Below are positions 21,297-31,364 of a stretch of 64,000 nucleotides of DNA, one piece after another; within the stretch, counting starts at the first letter, position 1; each line of letters opens with the position of its first letter. Both the position numbers and the translations under genes were made by a program. The notes beneath the pieces are model-generated. The model ran no database searches. It was not told where the DNA came from and saw only the letters and a list, made by a program, of their open reading frames with translations. Source of the DNA: an uncultured cyanobacterium (GTDB lineage: Bacteria; Cyanobacteriota; Cyanobacteriia; Cyanobacteriales; CAWUOF01); contig CAVUSO010000001.1 of assembly GCA_963744145.1 (NCBI GenBank), positions 5,536,001-5,600,000 on the forward strand. The letters run 5' to 3'.

Positions 21297-22673
21297 TTGA
21301 TGGAGCTGGGAGCTGAACAAAAAAGATGCTTGGAGAGTTTAATCTGGGCCATCAATGAGCTCCAGGGAAAAGTTGAGCCGACTCAGCTGGAACATATCTC
21401 TGAGTTGATTATCCAAACCATGACCGGACCCTGGAGGTATTTCCATACCCCAGAACATATTTTTGAGGTCGGGGGATCGGTTGATCCGATCGAAGTGTTA
21501 TCAGCGCTATTCCACGATCTAGTTTATGTCCAAGTAGATCAGGGTGTTAGTCTCAATATTAGCAGTTATATTGCCCCTTTTGTGAAAGAAGTAAAGGGAC
21601 AATTAATTGTGCGGGATTCATTAGAGCTAAATAATCACAAGATGTTTAGTTTGGTCAGGACAGTATTTGGATTTGCGCTGGGTCAATCCTTATCCCCCAT
21701 GTCAGGGCAAAATGAATTTCTGAGTGCAGTAATTGCGGCTCAGACTTTGGAGAATTTTTTGCCAGCGATGGTCATTGTGCAAATAGCTGCTTGTATAGAA
21801 GCTACTATCCCCTTTCGTCCCAAGTTACCATCGGGATTAACTCCTAGTGATGTGCTCTATGAGCGATTGACAGCGATTAATCAGCAATATAATTTTGGTT
21901 GGACTGATGCCCAAACCATTGATGTGGTAAAACGGTCTGTACGCTTGGCTAATCGGGATGTCGAAAATTTTGCTTATCCTAATTCTGGCGATTTTTTGGA
22001 CAATACCTGGAATCTGCTGCCCGAAACTAATCACGAACTGATTAATGCTAATTCCTATACTGTAGCTGGATATCGTCGCTCCCTCCAAAAAATGGAAGGA
22101 TTTATGAATTTCCTGAAACCAGAATTGGTTTTCCAACACTTTATGGGAGAACCAGATGAGGAAACTTATCAAGATCTGGTATCGCGAACTCGCAAAAATA
22201 TCGAGGTGGCTAAGTTATATTTAGGAAGCAAATTAATTGCGCTGGCGATTTTAGAGGGTTTGTCCTATCGGATGGGTAGAGATATTCCCCTATCAACCAT
22301 GACCGGAGATTTTCCCACTCCCGGAATTATTACTCCCGCTTTAGAACAATTTCTACCTGATGTGCCGATCGCTTATCAACCAAAAACACCCCTAGAAGCT
22401 GAGGTATTAGATTTATTGAATAAAGGCAGAAATCGTGACTCGGCTTATGATATTAAAAATTCTCCCCTCACTACATTTATTATCAAATCGACTGGATTTG
22501 AGGGCATAGAATATTTGCTGAAACGCTCGAAGGAATTTTTTGCTGGTAAAATTTCTTCAGAAGAATTTTTAGCTGATTGCAATAGCGATGTCGTGAACAC
22601 GATTATGGAGGGAGTGTTAACACTGTTTGAAAGTCGGAAAACAGCTTTGCGAAAAGTTAAATCTTCGGTTTAA
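21297..22673 (+). CDS. Conserved hypothetical protein with HD-like metal-binding motif
   Basis: Long ORF with GGAGG RBS; RYFHTPEH...LFHDLVY. Confidence 0.7.
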   Translation: MMELGAEQKRCLESLIWAINELQGKVEPTQLEHISELIIQTMTGPWRYFHTPEHIFEVGGSVDPIEVLSALFHDLVYVQVDQGVSLNISSYIAPFVKEVKGQLIVRDSLELNNHKMFSLVRTVFGFALGQSLSPMSGQNEFLSAVIAAQTLENFLPAMVIVQIAACIEATIPFRPKLPSGLTPSDVLYERLTAINQQYNFGWTDAQTIDVVKRSVRLANRDVENFAYPNSGDFLDNTWNLLPETNHELINANSYTVAGYRRSLQKMEGFMNFLKPELVFQHFMGEPDEETYQDLVSRTRKNIEVAKLYLGSKLIALAILEGLSYRMGRDIPLSTMTGDFPTPGIITPALEQFLPDVPIAYQPKTPLEAEVLDLLNKGRNRDSAYDIKNSPLTTFIIKSTGFEGIEYLLKRSKEFFAGKISSEEFLADCNSDVVNTIMEGVLTLFESRKTALRKVKSSV

Positions 22674-22682
22674 TGATTTATA

Positions 22683-22712
22683 CTCGTATCCCAGATCAGC
22701 ACTGGGAACGAG
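22683..22712. repeat. Short palindromic intergenic repeat
   Basis: CTCGTATCCCAG...CTGGGAACGAG stem-loop just after the stop codon. Confidence 0.5.
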
Positions 22713-22745
22713 AACAAGTCAAAATATCTAGCTCCAGATGTTAGT

Positions 22746-23159
22746 ATGTGGAAATTCCTGTCAACGGCATTATTTACATTTAGCTTGGTAGTTGGACAAA
22801 CTCAAGCGATCGCTGTTACCTGTGCTTCTCGCTGTGGACCAAAGCCAATTCAATTTGAGCTAGGAGAAAAGATTAATTTTCAGGTAGTTAACCGCACATC
22901 TAATATTATTTTTGCAGAAAAAATGCAGGGAAGCGATGCGATCGCGATTAGTCCTGGTCAGAAAATAGTTTTTACCTGGACTAACAATGCTGCTAACTAT
23001 GTCGCTGTGTCATTCTGGGATGCGAATGGATTAGCATTAAAAGCCAATATTTCTCGACTAGAGAGCCAAACGTTGCAGATTGAAATTCGTCCAGCGATTC
23101 GTCCTCCCGGAGATCACTCAGTTGAATTGAAAGAAGATGGACTTGTGGGAGTTTCTTAG
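22746..23159 (+). CDS. Hypothetical secreted protein
   Basis: Signal peptide; TCASRCGPKPIQF N-terminal motif. Confidence 0.75.
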   Translation: MWKFLSTALFTFSLVVGQTQAIAVTCASRCGPKPIQFELGEKINFQVVNRTSNIIFAEKMQGSDAIAISPGQKIVFTWTNNAANYVAVSFWDANGLALKANISRLESQTLQIEIRPAIRPPGDHSVELKEDGLVGVS

Positions 23160-23163
23160 TGCT

Positions 23164-23685
23164 ATGACAGGACAAAATGAACATTACTATGAATTAGAAT
23201 ATCAAAGAATGCAATCAGGAGAATGGTATTCTTGGCGAGAAGCGTGAAATTCAAGAAATGCTCAAGCTACCTGGCGAGTTTAGTATTTCAATTTAACCAG
23301 ACAGATCCGAATGATTATGCTAGTAGAAGTATAATTTTACAAGAATTATTAGGGTTTATTGGGAAAGACTCATTCATTGAAACTCCATTTCGTTGTGATT
23401 GGGGCAAACATATTCGGATTGGTAATAATACCTTTATTAATTATAATTGCGTTTAATCCGAACCAACGTCAGACTCTACGCAATGATGGCATCAAAAATA
23501 TTATGATTGGTGATCATGTGTGGATTGGTGCGGGAGCTGTGATTTTACCTGGTGTAACTATTGGTAATAATAGCGTCATTGGTGCCGCTTCTGTTGTCAC
23601 AAAAAATATTCCTGCAAACACCTTAGCTGTAGGTAATCCTTGTCATGTCATTAAACAACTCAATGCTGCGTCAAACGAGCAGTAA
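23164..23685 (+). pseudogene. Sugar (maltose/galactoside) O-acetyltransferase pseudogene
   Basis: Fragments EYQRMQSGEWY* / LQELLGFIGKDSFIETPFRCDWGKHIRIGNNTFINYNCV* / IGDHVWIGAGAVILPGVTIG...VGNPCHVIK; frameshifts plus an internal deletion. Confidence 0.85.
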
Positions 23686-23758
23686 GATCTAGCCAAATTT
23701 AGATTTAATCACATTATAATTTTTGATATCGCAATGAATTAAGGCTAGCTCAAAAATT

Positions 23759-25348
23759 GTGGCAAATCATGCTGAGAGTGTAACTACTAATCAATCAGGT
23801 TATATTACTGGGTCGCTCAAATGGCTGATTGCTATAACCGCATCTTTAGGTGCATTATTAGAAGTCATTGACACCAGTATAGTTAATGTTGCTTTAACAG
23901 ATATGCAAGCAACATTGGGCGCAACAGTAGGTGAAATTGGTTGGGTGGTAACTGCTTATGCGATCGCCAATGTGATCCTGATTCCTTTAAGTGCTTGGCT
24001 CGGAGATTACTTTGGACGTAAAGCTTATTTTACTTTCTCCATGATTGGTTTTACCCTAGCTTCTGTGCTATGTGGCTTCTCCTTTAATTTGCCTATGTTA
24101 ATTATAGCTCGGATTATCCAAGGTTTATGTGGAGGTGGGTTATTAGCCAAAGCCCAAACGATTTTATTTCAAACTTTCCCTCCCCAAGAACAAGGTATCG
24201 CTCAAGCTGTCTTTGGAGTAGGAGTAATTTCTGGTCCAGCGATCGGTCCAACCTTGGGTGGATATTTAACTGATACTTTAGGATGGCGATGGATTTTCTT
24301 TATTAATCTACCAGTAGGTATTATCGCAGTAATTATGTCTTTGGTATTTTTACCAACTGATCCACCCCAGAATCAACCTCACAGCAGGGTTGATTGGTGG
24401 GGGATTATCTTATTAGTGATTTTCATCGGTAGCTTACAAACCGTCTTAGAAGAAGGACAAAAAGATGACTGGTTTGATTCAGCCTTCATTACCACACTAA
24501 CTATAGTTAGTGCGATCGCCATGATATTATTTATCTGGCGAGAATTAAATATTCATAATCCGGCTGTAGATTTGCGTGTTTTACGTCATCGTTCCTTAAT
24601 CGGTGGCAGTATTTATTCAGGTATTCTAGGAATGGGACTTTATGGGGCACTTTTTGCCATCCCCATCTTTGCCCAAAGTGTTGCTCATTATACCGCATGG
24701 CAAACAGGTTTATTGTTAGCTCCTGGTGCTTTGGCTTCGGCTATAACGATGATTTTGTTAGGTAAGATATCTAATCAAGTTGATCCCCGAATTTTGATTG
24801 GGTTGGGTGCATTAGGATTATCAGCTACTATGTTTAAATTAGCTGATATTAACCCCGATACTGGTAGTGATGATCTATTTTGGCCGTTGATTGGGCGAGG
24901 TGCATTTACTGTGCTAATGTTTTTGCCATTAAGTTTAGCAACTTTAGCACCACTTCCCAAACAGGATATTTCTTCTGGTTCTGGATTTTATAATCTTACC
25001 CGTCAGTTAGGAGGGAGTATTGGGATTGCGGGTTTAACTACTTTACTTGATCAACGTAACCATTTTCATCGGGCGATGCTGTTAGAGCATATTACTCCTT
25101 ATGATTTTGCGACTCAGGAGCGTCTTGATTTGCTCACCCAAGCATTCCAAAGTCAAGGAGTAGATGGAAATACCGCACATCAACAAGCATTAGCAGTGGT
25201 GAGTCAAACTGTCGATATTCAAGCTACAATTCTTTCCTTTGAGGATATTTTTCGAGTGGTAGGATTAGCATTTTTTTGTTCTTTACCTCTGTTGCTACTT
25301 TTAGGTAAAAATCGCAGTAAAAGTTCTGTTCCTAACTCAATTCATTGA
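23759..25348 (+). CDS. DHA2 family (EmrB/QacA) MFS efflux permease
   Basis: DTSIVNVAL, WLGDYFGRK, GPTLGGYL, WRWIFFINLPVG, RQLGGSIG. Confidence 0.93.
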   Translation: MANHAESVTTNQSGYITGSLKWLIAITASLGALLEVIDTSIVNVALTDMQATLGATVGEIGWVVTAYAIANVILIPLSAWLGDYFGRKAYFTFSMIGFTLASVLCGFSFNLPMLIIARIIQGLCGGGLLAKAQTILFQTFPPQEQGIAQAVFGVGVISGPAIGPTLGGYLTDTLGWRWIFFINLPVGIIAVIMSLVFLPTDPPQNQPHSRVDWWGIILLVIFIGSLQTVLEEGQKDDWFDSAFITTLTIVSAIAMILFIWRELNIHNPAVDLRVLRHRSLIGGSIYSGILGMGLYGALFAIPIFAQSVAHYTAWQTGLLLAPGALASAITMILLGKISNQVDPRILIGLGALGLSATMFKLADINPDTGSDDLFWPLIGRGAFTVLMFLPLSLATLAPLPKQDISSGSGFYNLTRQLGGSIGIAGLTTLLDQRNHFHRAMLLEHITPYDFATQERLDLLTQAFQSQGVDGNTAHQQALAVVSQTVDIQATILSFEDIFRVVGLAFFCSLPLLLLLGKNRSKSSVPNSIH

Positions 25349-25432
25349 AGTTTTTTTTAATTCCAATTAACTAAAAAAGTGCCAGCAGCAATCAAGCTAT
25401 TATTATGAAACTCGACTCAAAGCACCTTCCCT

Positions 25433-25556
25433 CGTAAAACCCCGTCAGGTTTATATTTACCGTCCTGATGTTCCAGAGTGTTTGGATCGTCCGATTACAG
25501 TTAGTGGTGAACCTGTTTGGCCGGGATTTCTGTTAGACATGACTGAGATTTGGTAA
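25433..25556 (+). pseudogene. 3' remnant of a Uma2 gene, a diverged duplicate of 26046-26171
   Basis: Nucleotide similarity CGTCAGGTTTATATTTACCGTCCTGATGTTCCAGAG...GAGATTTGGTA. Confidence 0.8.
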
Positions 25557-25589
25557 GCTGTATAAACCTATATTTTGAGGATCTGAATT

Positions 25590-26171
25590 ATGGTTTTATC
25601 TCCTTTAATCTTAAAAATGCCCTCAACTGTTCAAATGAATGATGAGCAGTTTTTTGACTTCTGTCAAATTAATCGAGATTTACGCATTGAAAGAACTAAA
25701 ACAGGAGAAGTGATTATTATGCCGCCCACTGGTTCAGAAACCGGAAACCGCAATGGTGATATCTTTGGTCAGTTGTGGGTGTGGGCAAAAAAAGATCAGA
25801 CTGGGATTACTTTTGATTCTAGTGCTGGATTTACTCTCTCTTCTGGTCAAACTCTTTCACCAGATGCGGCTTGGATTAAGTTAGAAAGGTGGAATGTTTT
25901 ATCACCTGAAGAACGAGAAAAATTTGCCCCGATTTGTCCTGATTTTGTGGTGGAATTAAGATCGCCTAGCGATAGTTTGAAATCCCTGAAGGAAAAAATG
26001 CAGGAGTATATTCAGGAGGGAGTGAAACTAGGTTTGTTAATTGACCGCAAACCTCGTCAGGTTTATATTTACCGTCCTGATGTTCCAGAGGAGTGTTTGG
26101 ATCATCCGACTACAGTTAGTGGGGAACCTGTTTTGCCGGGATTTGTGTTAGACTTGACGGAGATTTGGTAG
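25590..26171 (+). CDS. Uma2 family putative endonuclease
   Basis: IMPPTGSETG, FDSSAGF, SPDAAW, CPDFVVELRSPSD. Confidence 0.93.
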   Translation: MVLSPLILKMPSTVQMNDEQFFDFCQINRDLRIERTKTGEVIIMPPTGSETGNRNGDIFGQLWVWAKKDQTGITFDSSAGFTLSSGQTLSPDAAWIKLERWNVLSPEEREKFAPICPDFVVELRSPSDSLKSLKEKMQEYIQEGVKLGLLIDRKPRQVYIYRPDVPEECLDHPTTVSGEPVLPGFVLDLTEIW

Positions 26172-26408
26172 TTGATATCAAGGTTATGCAGGTTTTCAAT
26201 CCCTTGATGAGCAATGGATGAAAGTGATGGCGTTGTATGCTGCAACTCATCGTTTGGAATCAATGATAGTATTTCAGACACAGTATTTTTTCCTATATAA
26301 CCAATCTGAACCAGACGATGGTCCAGAATTCAGTAAAAAGGTAGGAGATGCCATCTTACACAAAAGCATTTCAAGCCGATCATTTAGATGCTGCGGAAAT
26401 TGTTGTAA

Positions 26409-26804
26409 TTACAGTTTGAGTGACAAGACGGTGTGAATTTGAACCTCAGCCGTCAGAAGTTTATGCACAGGACAGCGATCGGCAATCTCCAACAGTCGCT
26501 GCTGTTGCTCAGTCGTCAGGACGCCGACAAGCTGAAGATTTGCATGGATGACTGGGGAATTCTCGACTTTCTCAAGGCTACAATCAACATTGACATCCTC
26601 TAATTCCCAGCCCTTACGGGCAGCATACATCTTGACAGTAATCGCTTTGCAAGCCCCTAGTCCTGCTAGAATCCACTCAAAGGGCGTTGGCCCTGTATCG
26701 TTACCACCTAAATCTGGTGGTTCATCGGCAAACAGATGAAATTGACGAATGGCAATATCTTGTCCCAAAGGGGAGGCATTTGATGAAACTCGCACGGATG
26801 TCAT
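26409..26804 (-). CDS. OsmC/YhfA family protein
   Basis: DEPPDLGGNDTGPTP, LGAC, RCPVHK. Confidence 0.9.
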   Translation of the reverse strand: MTSVRVSSNASPLGQDIAIRQFHLFADEPPDLGGNDTGPTPFEWILAGLGACKAITVKMYAARKGWELEDVNVDCSLEKVENSPVIHANLQLVGVLTTEQQQRLLEIADRCPVHKLLTAEVQIHTVLSLKL

Positions 26805-26957
26805 TGTGGTTAAACTGATCAACACTTTGTGTAAATAGCATATCAGCTTTTGATCCCAGTTCTATATTTGTCTGGGAAATCAGAAAATTTCCATCACTAG
26901 ATAACTATTTAAAGTTTCTATTGAGGGGGAATTTTGGACGATCGCTTTCAATCTGGG

Positions 26958-27656
26958 TCAATAATCCTTTGACGCACCATAAATCAGGATAAAATTGTGG
27001 GCAGGCATATCCACTATCTCTTTCAATGTCAGCCCATATCTATTAGCAGCTTTGGTTATATCAGCAACATCCTTAAGTCCCCATTCTGGCACACCGTAAG
27101 AACGAAGACCTGTATCAAATTCTTCGTTTGATGGCGTGGTAAATGTACCATTCACTTTAAAAGGACCATAGATATAGAGTACACCATTCTCTGTCAGAAA
27201 ATTGGCTGCAATCTGTGCTAGCCCATCAGCAATTTCAACCGGGGCAACTTGAAAAACATTAATCAAGAAAATCGCCGCAAATTTTTGTCCATCTAAAGCT
27301 GACCAGGTTTGTGGTTGGGTTAAATCTATTTGAATTGGTGGTTTGACATTATTAACTTGAGTTGTTTGGGTCAGTTGTTGGATATTCTCAAACACCTCTT
27401 CTTCTAAATCTGAGGGCTGAAATGTTAAATGGGGAAAATGAGGTGCAAAATAGTGAAGGTGCATTCCACTCCCAGAAGCAATTTCCAAAATCTGTGCTTC
27501 AGTAGTCGGAAATTTCTCCTTGAATACATCCAAAATCGGAGCGCGGTTGCGATGACCAGCCCAGGCAACATAAGGGCTTAAAGGATGGGGATTAATAGGG
27601 GGCTTCTCTACTAGAGAAGGGGGTACTTCTCGTTGAGCGTTTTCTAAGGTAGACAT
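26958..27656 (-). CDS. DUF938 family SAM-dependent methyltransferase-like protein
   Basis: RNRAPIL, LEIASGSGMH, YGPF, PEWGLKD, MPAHN. Confidence 0.88.
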   Translation of the reverse strand: MSTLENAQREVPPSLVEKPPINPHPLSPYVAWAGHRNRAPILDVFKEKFPTTEAQILEIASGSGMHLHYFAPHFPHLTFQPSDLEEEVFENIQQLTQTTQVNNVKPPIQIDLTQPQTWSALDGQKFAAIFLINVFQVAPVEIADGLAQIAANFLTENGVLYIYGPFKVNGTFTTPSNEEFDTGLRSYGVPEWGLKDVADITKAANRYGLTLKEIVDMPAHNFILIYGASKDY

Positions 27657-27698
27657 TAGTAACTCCTGTTTTTGTACTAAGTGGATGTGGTGAAATTA

Positions 27699-28025
27699 TT
27701 AGGAATCCGCCAAATAGAAAGGAGAAGACATCCCAATACTGGCTTGCTTCGTTACCTCACCATCGAATATTTTGACACTAAGGTTTCCATTGACTTGCTT
27801 AGTAAAGGGTATTAATAAACCGTCAATGTACTGTTGAGCAGATTCAATGGAATCAAATTCATAAAATCCACCAACGGAATTTGTGTTGATGCCACTTAAC
27901 CATGTTTTTGATTTTAATCCCGGAAATTTTTTCATCTCTGGATTGATGGGCACCCAGTCAATTTCAGTGAATGGAATTGACACTTGATACTCAGCATAAA
28001 GAAATACTTTGCTCACCAAAATCAA
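27699..28025 (-). CDS. YdhR-like putative monooxygenase
   Basis: PGLKSKTWL...GGFYEFDS dimeric alpha/beta barrel pattern; exact start uncertain. Confidence 0.7.
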   Translation of the reverse strand: MILVSKVFLYAEYQVSIPFTEIDWVPINPEMKKFPGLKSKTWLSGINTNSVGGFYEFDSIESAQQYIDGLLIPFTKQVNGNLSVKIFDGEVTKQASIGMSSPFYLADS

Positions 28026-28266
28026 CCTCTAATTCTATAATTTTGCGTAAAATCCCAAGTTCAACAATCAGTAGGGACGTACAACAATATGCTCCTCCCC
28101 ATTTTGATTACTCAGTCTGAGCCAGAGATTAAATACTATCGTATAATACTGTTTATCGATAGACTTATCGTACAAAAGCAGAAATTCTTAATATTACTTC
28201 TTTGAAAGTGTTATCTAAGTAACAATATTTCTGTTCAATGTAAACTTTTTACTCGGAGGAGATGTG

Positions 28267-29085
28267 ATGTCTATCCAAGAAGTGATTGGGGGCAATGGTA
28301 TTCGCCTTCATGTTGAAGAAGTCGGCAATCCAAAGGGTCAAGCTATTCTGTTTATTCACGGGTTTTCTCAGAATCTATTAACTTGGCGTAAACAATTAGA
28401 TTCCAGTCTGGCTCAGGATTTCCGATTAGTCGCAATTGATTTACGCGGACATGGATTGTCCGAAAAACCAACAGATGCTTATGGAGATTCTAAATTGTGG
28501 GCAGATGATATTCAGGCAGTGCTCACAACCTTAAAACTGGATCGCCCAGTTCTTAGTGGTTGGTCCTATGGTGGGGTGATTATTAGTGACTATGTGCGAA
28601 TTTATGGCGATCGCCAATTAGGAGGTATCCACTTTGTTGGTGCCTTAACGAAATTGGGAGATGCTTTGTTACCACTGTTAGGAAAAGAGTTTGTTGACCA
28701 GGTTCCTGGCTTTTTCTCTAATGATGCGATCGCTAGTTCCCAAGCACTCCAAAAACTAGTCCGACTAATTACCCATGAAGCCTTGCCACCAGAGGAGTTC
28801 TACTACACCTTGGGATATAATACAATTGTCCCTCCCTACGTCCGAGCAGGATTATTATCGCGATCGCTAACGAATGATGATCTTTTACCAACTTTCAAGG
28901 TTCCGGTTCTGATTACCCACGGTGAATTAGATGAAATTGTGCTGCTCGGTGCTGCTAAAGAACACGCGGAATTGATTAGCCATGCTCAACTCTCTGTGTA
29001 TGCAAAAATAGGTCATGCTCCTTTTTGGGAAGATAGTGATCGATTTAACCGTGAGCTATATGATTTTGTTAAACAGCTTGCGTAA
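28267..29085 (+). CDS. Alpha/beta hydrolase (non-heme haloperoxidase-like)
   Basis: FIHGF, DLRGHG, GWSYGG nucleophile, HGELD, GHAPF; GGAGG RBS. Confidence 0.9.
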   Translation: MSIQEVIGGNGIRLHVEEVGNPKGQAILFIHGFSQNLLTWRKQLDSSLAQDFRLVAIDLRGHGLSEKPTDAYGDSKLWADDIQAVLTTLKLDRPVLSGWSYGGVIISDYVRIYGDRQLGGIHFVGALTKLGDALLPLLGKEFVDQVPGFFSNDAIASSQALQKLVRLITHEALPPEEFYYTLGYNTIVPPYVRAGLLSRSLTNDDLLPTFKVPVLITHGELDEIVLLGAAKEHAELISHAQLSVYAKIGHAPFWEDSDRFNRELYDFVKQLA

Positions 29086-29088
29086 TTT

Positions 29089-29778
29089 ATGACAACGATC
29101 GCTTTGATTATCGGGGCGGGCAGTGGATTGAGTGCTGCCCTGGCCCGCTTGTTGGTAACAGAAGGAATGACTGTCGTGTTGGCTGCACGCCAGATTGATA
29201 AGCTCATTGATCTAGCCCAAGAAATTGGCGCTAGTCGTTTTATCTGTGATGCGTCAAAACCAGATGAGGTAGAGCAGTTATTTAGTCAAGTTGAACAGCA
29301 GTTAGGTGTACCCACCGTGGTGGTTTATAATCCTGCTTTACGAGTTTCGGGAGCATTGATCGACTTAGACCCCGTAGAAGTTCTCAACGCCATCGAGATT
29401 AATGCCTATGGTGGTTTTTTGGTAGCGCAAGCAGCCGCAAAACGGATGCTACCCATGGGAGGAGGAGCAATTTTTTTCACGGGGGCGTCTGCTAGCGTTA
29501 AAGGATATCCCCGCTCTGCTCCCTTTGCGATGGGGAAATTTGCCCTGCGAGGGTTGGCTCAAAGTATTGCTCGTGAACTAGCTCCTCAAAATATTCATGT
29601 AGCTCATTTTGTGATCGATGGGGCTATTCGTTCGGATACGCGCTCTGTACCAATTGATCAACCAGATAGTTTGCTAGACCCAGAAGCGATCGCTCAAAGC
29701 TATCTCCATATTTTGCGTCAACCACGCAATGCTTGGACTTGGGAAATTGAATTACGCCCCTGGGTTGAGCCATTTTAA
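29089..29778 (+). CDS. Short-chain dehydrogenase/reductase
   Basis: GAGSGLS, FTGASAS, FAMGK, HFVIDG. Confidence 0.9.
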   Translation: MTTIALIIGAGSGLSAALARLLVTEGMTVVLAARQIDKLIDLAQEIGASRFICDASKPDEVEQLFSQVEQQLGVPTVVVYNPALRVSGALIDLDPVEVLNAIEINAYGGFLVAQAAAKRMLPMGGGAIFFTGASASVKGYPRSAPFAMGKFALRGLAQSIARELAPQNIHVAHFVIDGAIRSDTRSVPIDQPDSLLDPEAIAQSYLHILRQPRNAWTWEIELRPWVEPF

Positions 29779-29829
29779 ACCAGTATTTATGATCAATAGT
29801 CTGGACACTGATCGCCAATTCCTAATCAC

Positions 29830-31203
29830 CTATTTTACTATTTCATCTCGTGGCTCAATATTCTTTTTTCCTCCAGTCGGAGTTAACTCCGAAGGGGGAG
29901 AATTGACCGGACCCCATTGATTTAACAAACTATTTAATAAATTATCTTGTTCAGCCCGAAATTCCTCTAAATTATCCCCAACATTCATAATTGCTACCCA
30001 TACTGGTCCATTGGTTTGAGTGGGAATTGCTCCAGCGATCGAAGCAACTTGATTTAATGTCCCAGTTTTGACTACTGATAATTCAGGAATTTTACGACCG
30101 TTTAATACTCCTAAATCTCGTCCTGCGATCGCGAATACATCAGCAATAGTTAAATGATAAGGTTTCAAAAACAGGTCGATCGCTTGAAATATCCCGACCG
30201 CAGCTCGGGGAGAAATTTTATTTTCTGGACCTAATCCTGAACCATTAATTAATTGAATTTCTGTTGCAGGAACACCAACAGCTTCTGCTGCTTTTTGAGC
30301 GACTACTTTCCCTCCACCTACAGAATCAGCTAACATTTGTGCCATCATATTATTACTATACATATTCATCTTTTTTACCAATTCAGCTAAAGGTAAAGAA
30401 CGATGACGTACCAATAGTTTTAAAGATCCAGGTGGTGAATTTACTACCTGGACTAATCCAGCAATTACAATCTTTGGTTTCGGAGTATTTGGAGGTAAAG
30501 TCAGATACTGTTGTTCAGCTTCAGAATTCCAAAGTTCACTATTTAAACCTTGTTTCAGTAAATTTCCTGCTAAATCTGGGGTAGTTTCAAAATTCATATA
30601 AAACTTACCGACTATGACCAGATTTCCTTTGACTTTTTTAATACCTATTTGATTGAGAACATTACCAAGAGCAACTGCTTCTTCCCACACAAAAAATGGA
30701 TCTTCTCCTCCTTGGATCACCAAATTACCTTGTAATTCTCCATTTTCAATCGGTCCAGTTGCGCTGACTAAAGTGATAAACTGATGCTCCGGTCCCCAGG
30801 TTTTTAATGCGACTAAAGTAGTTGCTGATTTAGTTACTGATGCTGCTGGTAAAGGTACTGTACCTTGATAATTAGCTAACAATTGATTCTCAGTTTGAAT
30901 CCAGATTCCTTGATTAGTTTTAGCTGCTCCTAAAGCAATGATACTTTTGACAAATTGCTGAACTTCTGTATTAATAGCTGTGTTTGGATTAGCTGGTGCT
31001 AAAGGAGTTATTTTCGGTTCTGGTGGCTCAATTTTTGTTACTGTTTTCGGTTGATTCTCTGGTGAACGTAAAGTGTCTGTCGGAGATAAGGTTTTGCGTT
31101 CACCAGAACATCCTCCTAAAAATGTTAGCAAAGTCAGCGATAATATTGCAGCTACAGGAAAGTTTCTCAGCATTATTTGTTTTTTCACTATAAATTCCAG
31201 CAT
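29830..31203 (-). CDS. dacB: D-alanyl-D-alanine carboxypeptidase (PBP4 / peptidase S13), probable lipoprotein
   Basis: ASVTK (SxxK), SNN, NGSGL, KTGTL; lipobox-like LGGC. Confidence 0.9.
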   Translation of the reverse strand: MLEFIVKKQIMLRNFPVAAILSLTLLTFLGGCSGERKTLSPTDTLRSPENQPKTVTKIEPPEPKITPLAPANPNTAINTEVQQFVKSIIALGAAKTNQGIWIQTENQLLANYQGTVPLPAASVTKSATTLVALKTWGPEHQFITLVSATGPIENGELQGNLVIQGGEDPFFVWEEAVALGNVLNQIGIKKVKGNLVIVGKFYMNFETTPDLAGNLLKQGLNSELWNSEAEQQYLTLPPNTPKPKIVIAGLVQVVNSPPGSLKLLVRHRSLPLAELVKKMNMYSNNMMAQMLADSVGGGKVVAQKAAEAVGVPATEIQLINGSGLGPENKISPRAAVGIFQAIDLFLKPYHLTIADVFAIAGRDLGVLNGRKIPELSVVKTGTLNQVASIAGAIPTQTNGPVWVAIMNVGDNLEEFRAEQDNLLNSLLNQWGPVNSPPSELTPTGGKKNIEPRDEIVK

Positions 31204-31229
31204 TCTAAAAACCGAGTTGTTTAACCAGA

Positions 31230-31346
31230 AACCCCTCTCCTAAAAGGAAAGGGGAGCAAGATTGACTCACTATTTAATCTCCCATCAATTTAATCATCTG
31301 AATTACTCCCCCTTCCCTTGTAGGGAAGGGGGTTGGGGGGTTAGGT
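31230..31346. repeat. Cyanobacterial GC-rich palindromic dispersed repeat
   Basis: AACCCCTCTCCTAAAAGGAAAGGGG ... CCCCCTTCCCTTGTAGGGAAGGGGGTTGGGGGTTAGG, two related palindromes in inverted arrangement. Confidence 0.6.
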
Positions 31347-31364
31347 CGGGTTTATTTTGGAGTT

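Noticed and set aside
26218..26436. 72-aa ORF after Uma2
   Set aside because: No recognisable motif and it overlaps the OsmC gene end; possibly a gene remnant but unsupported.
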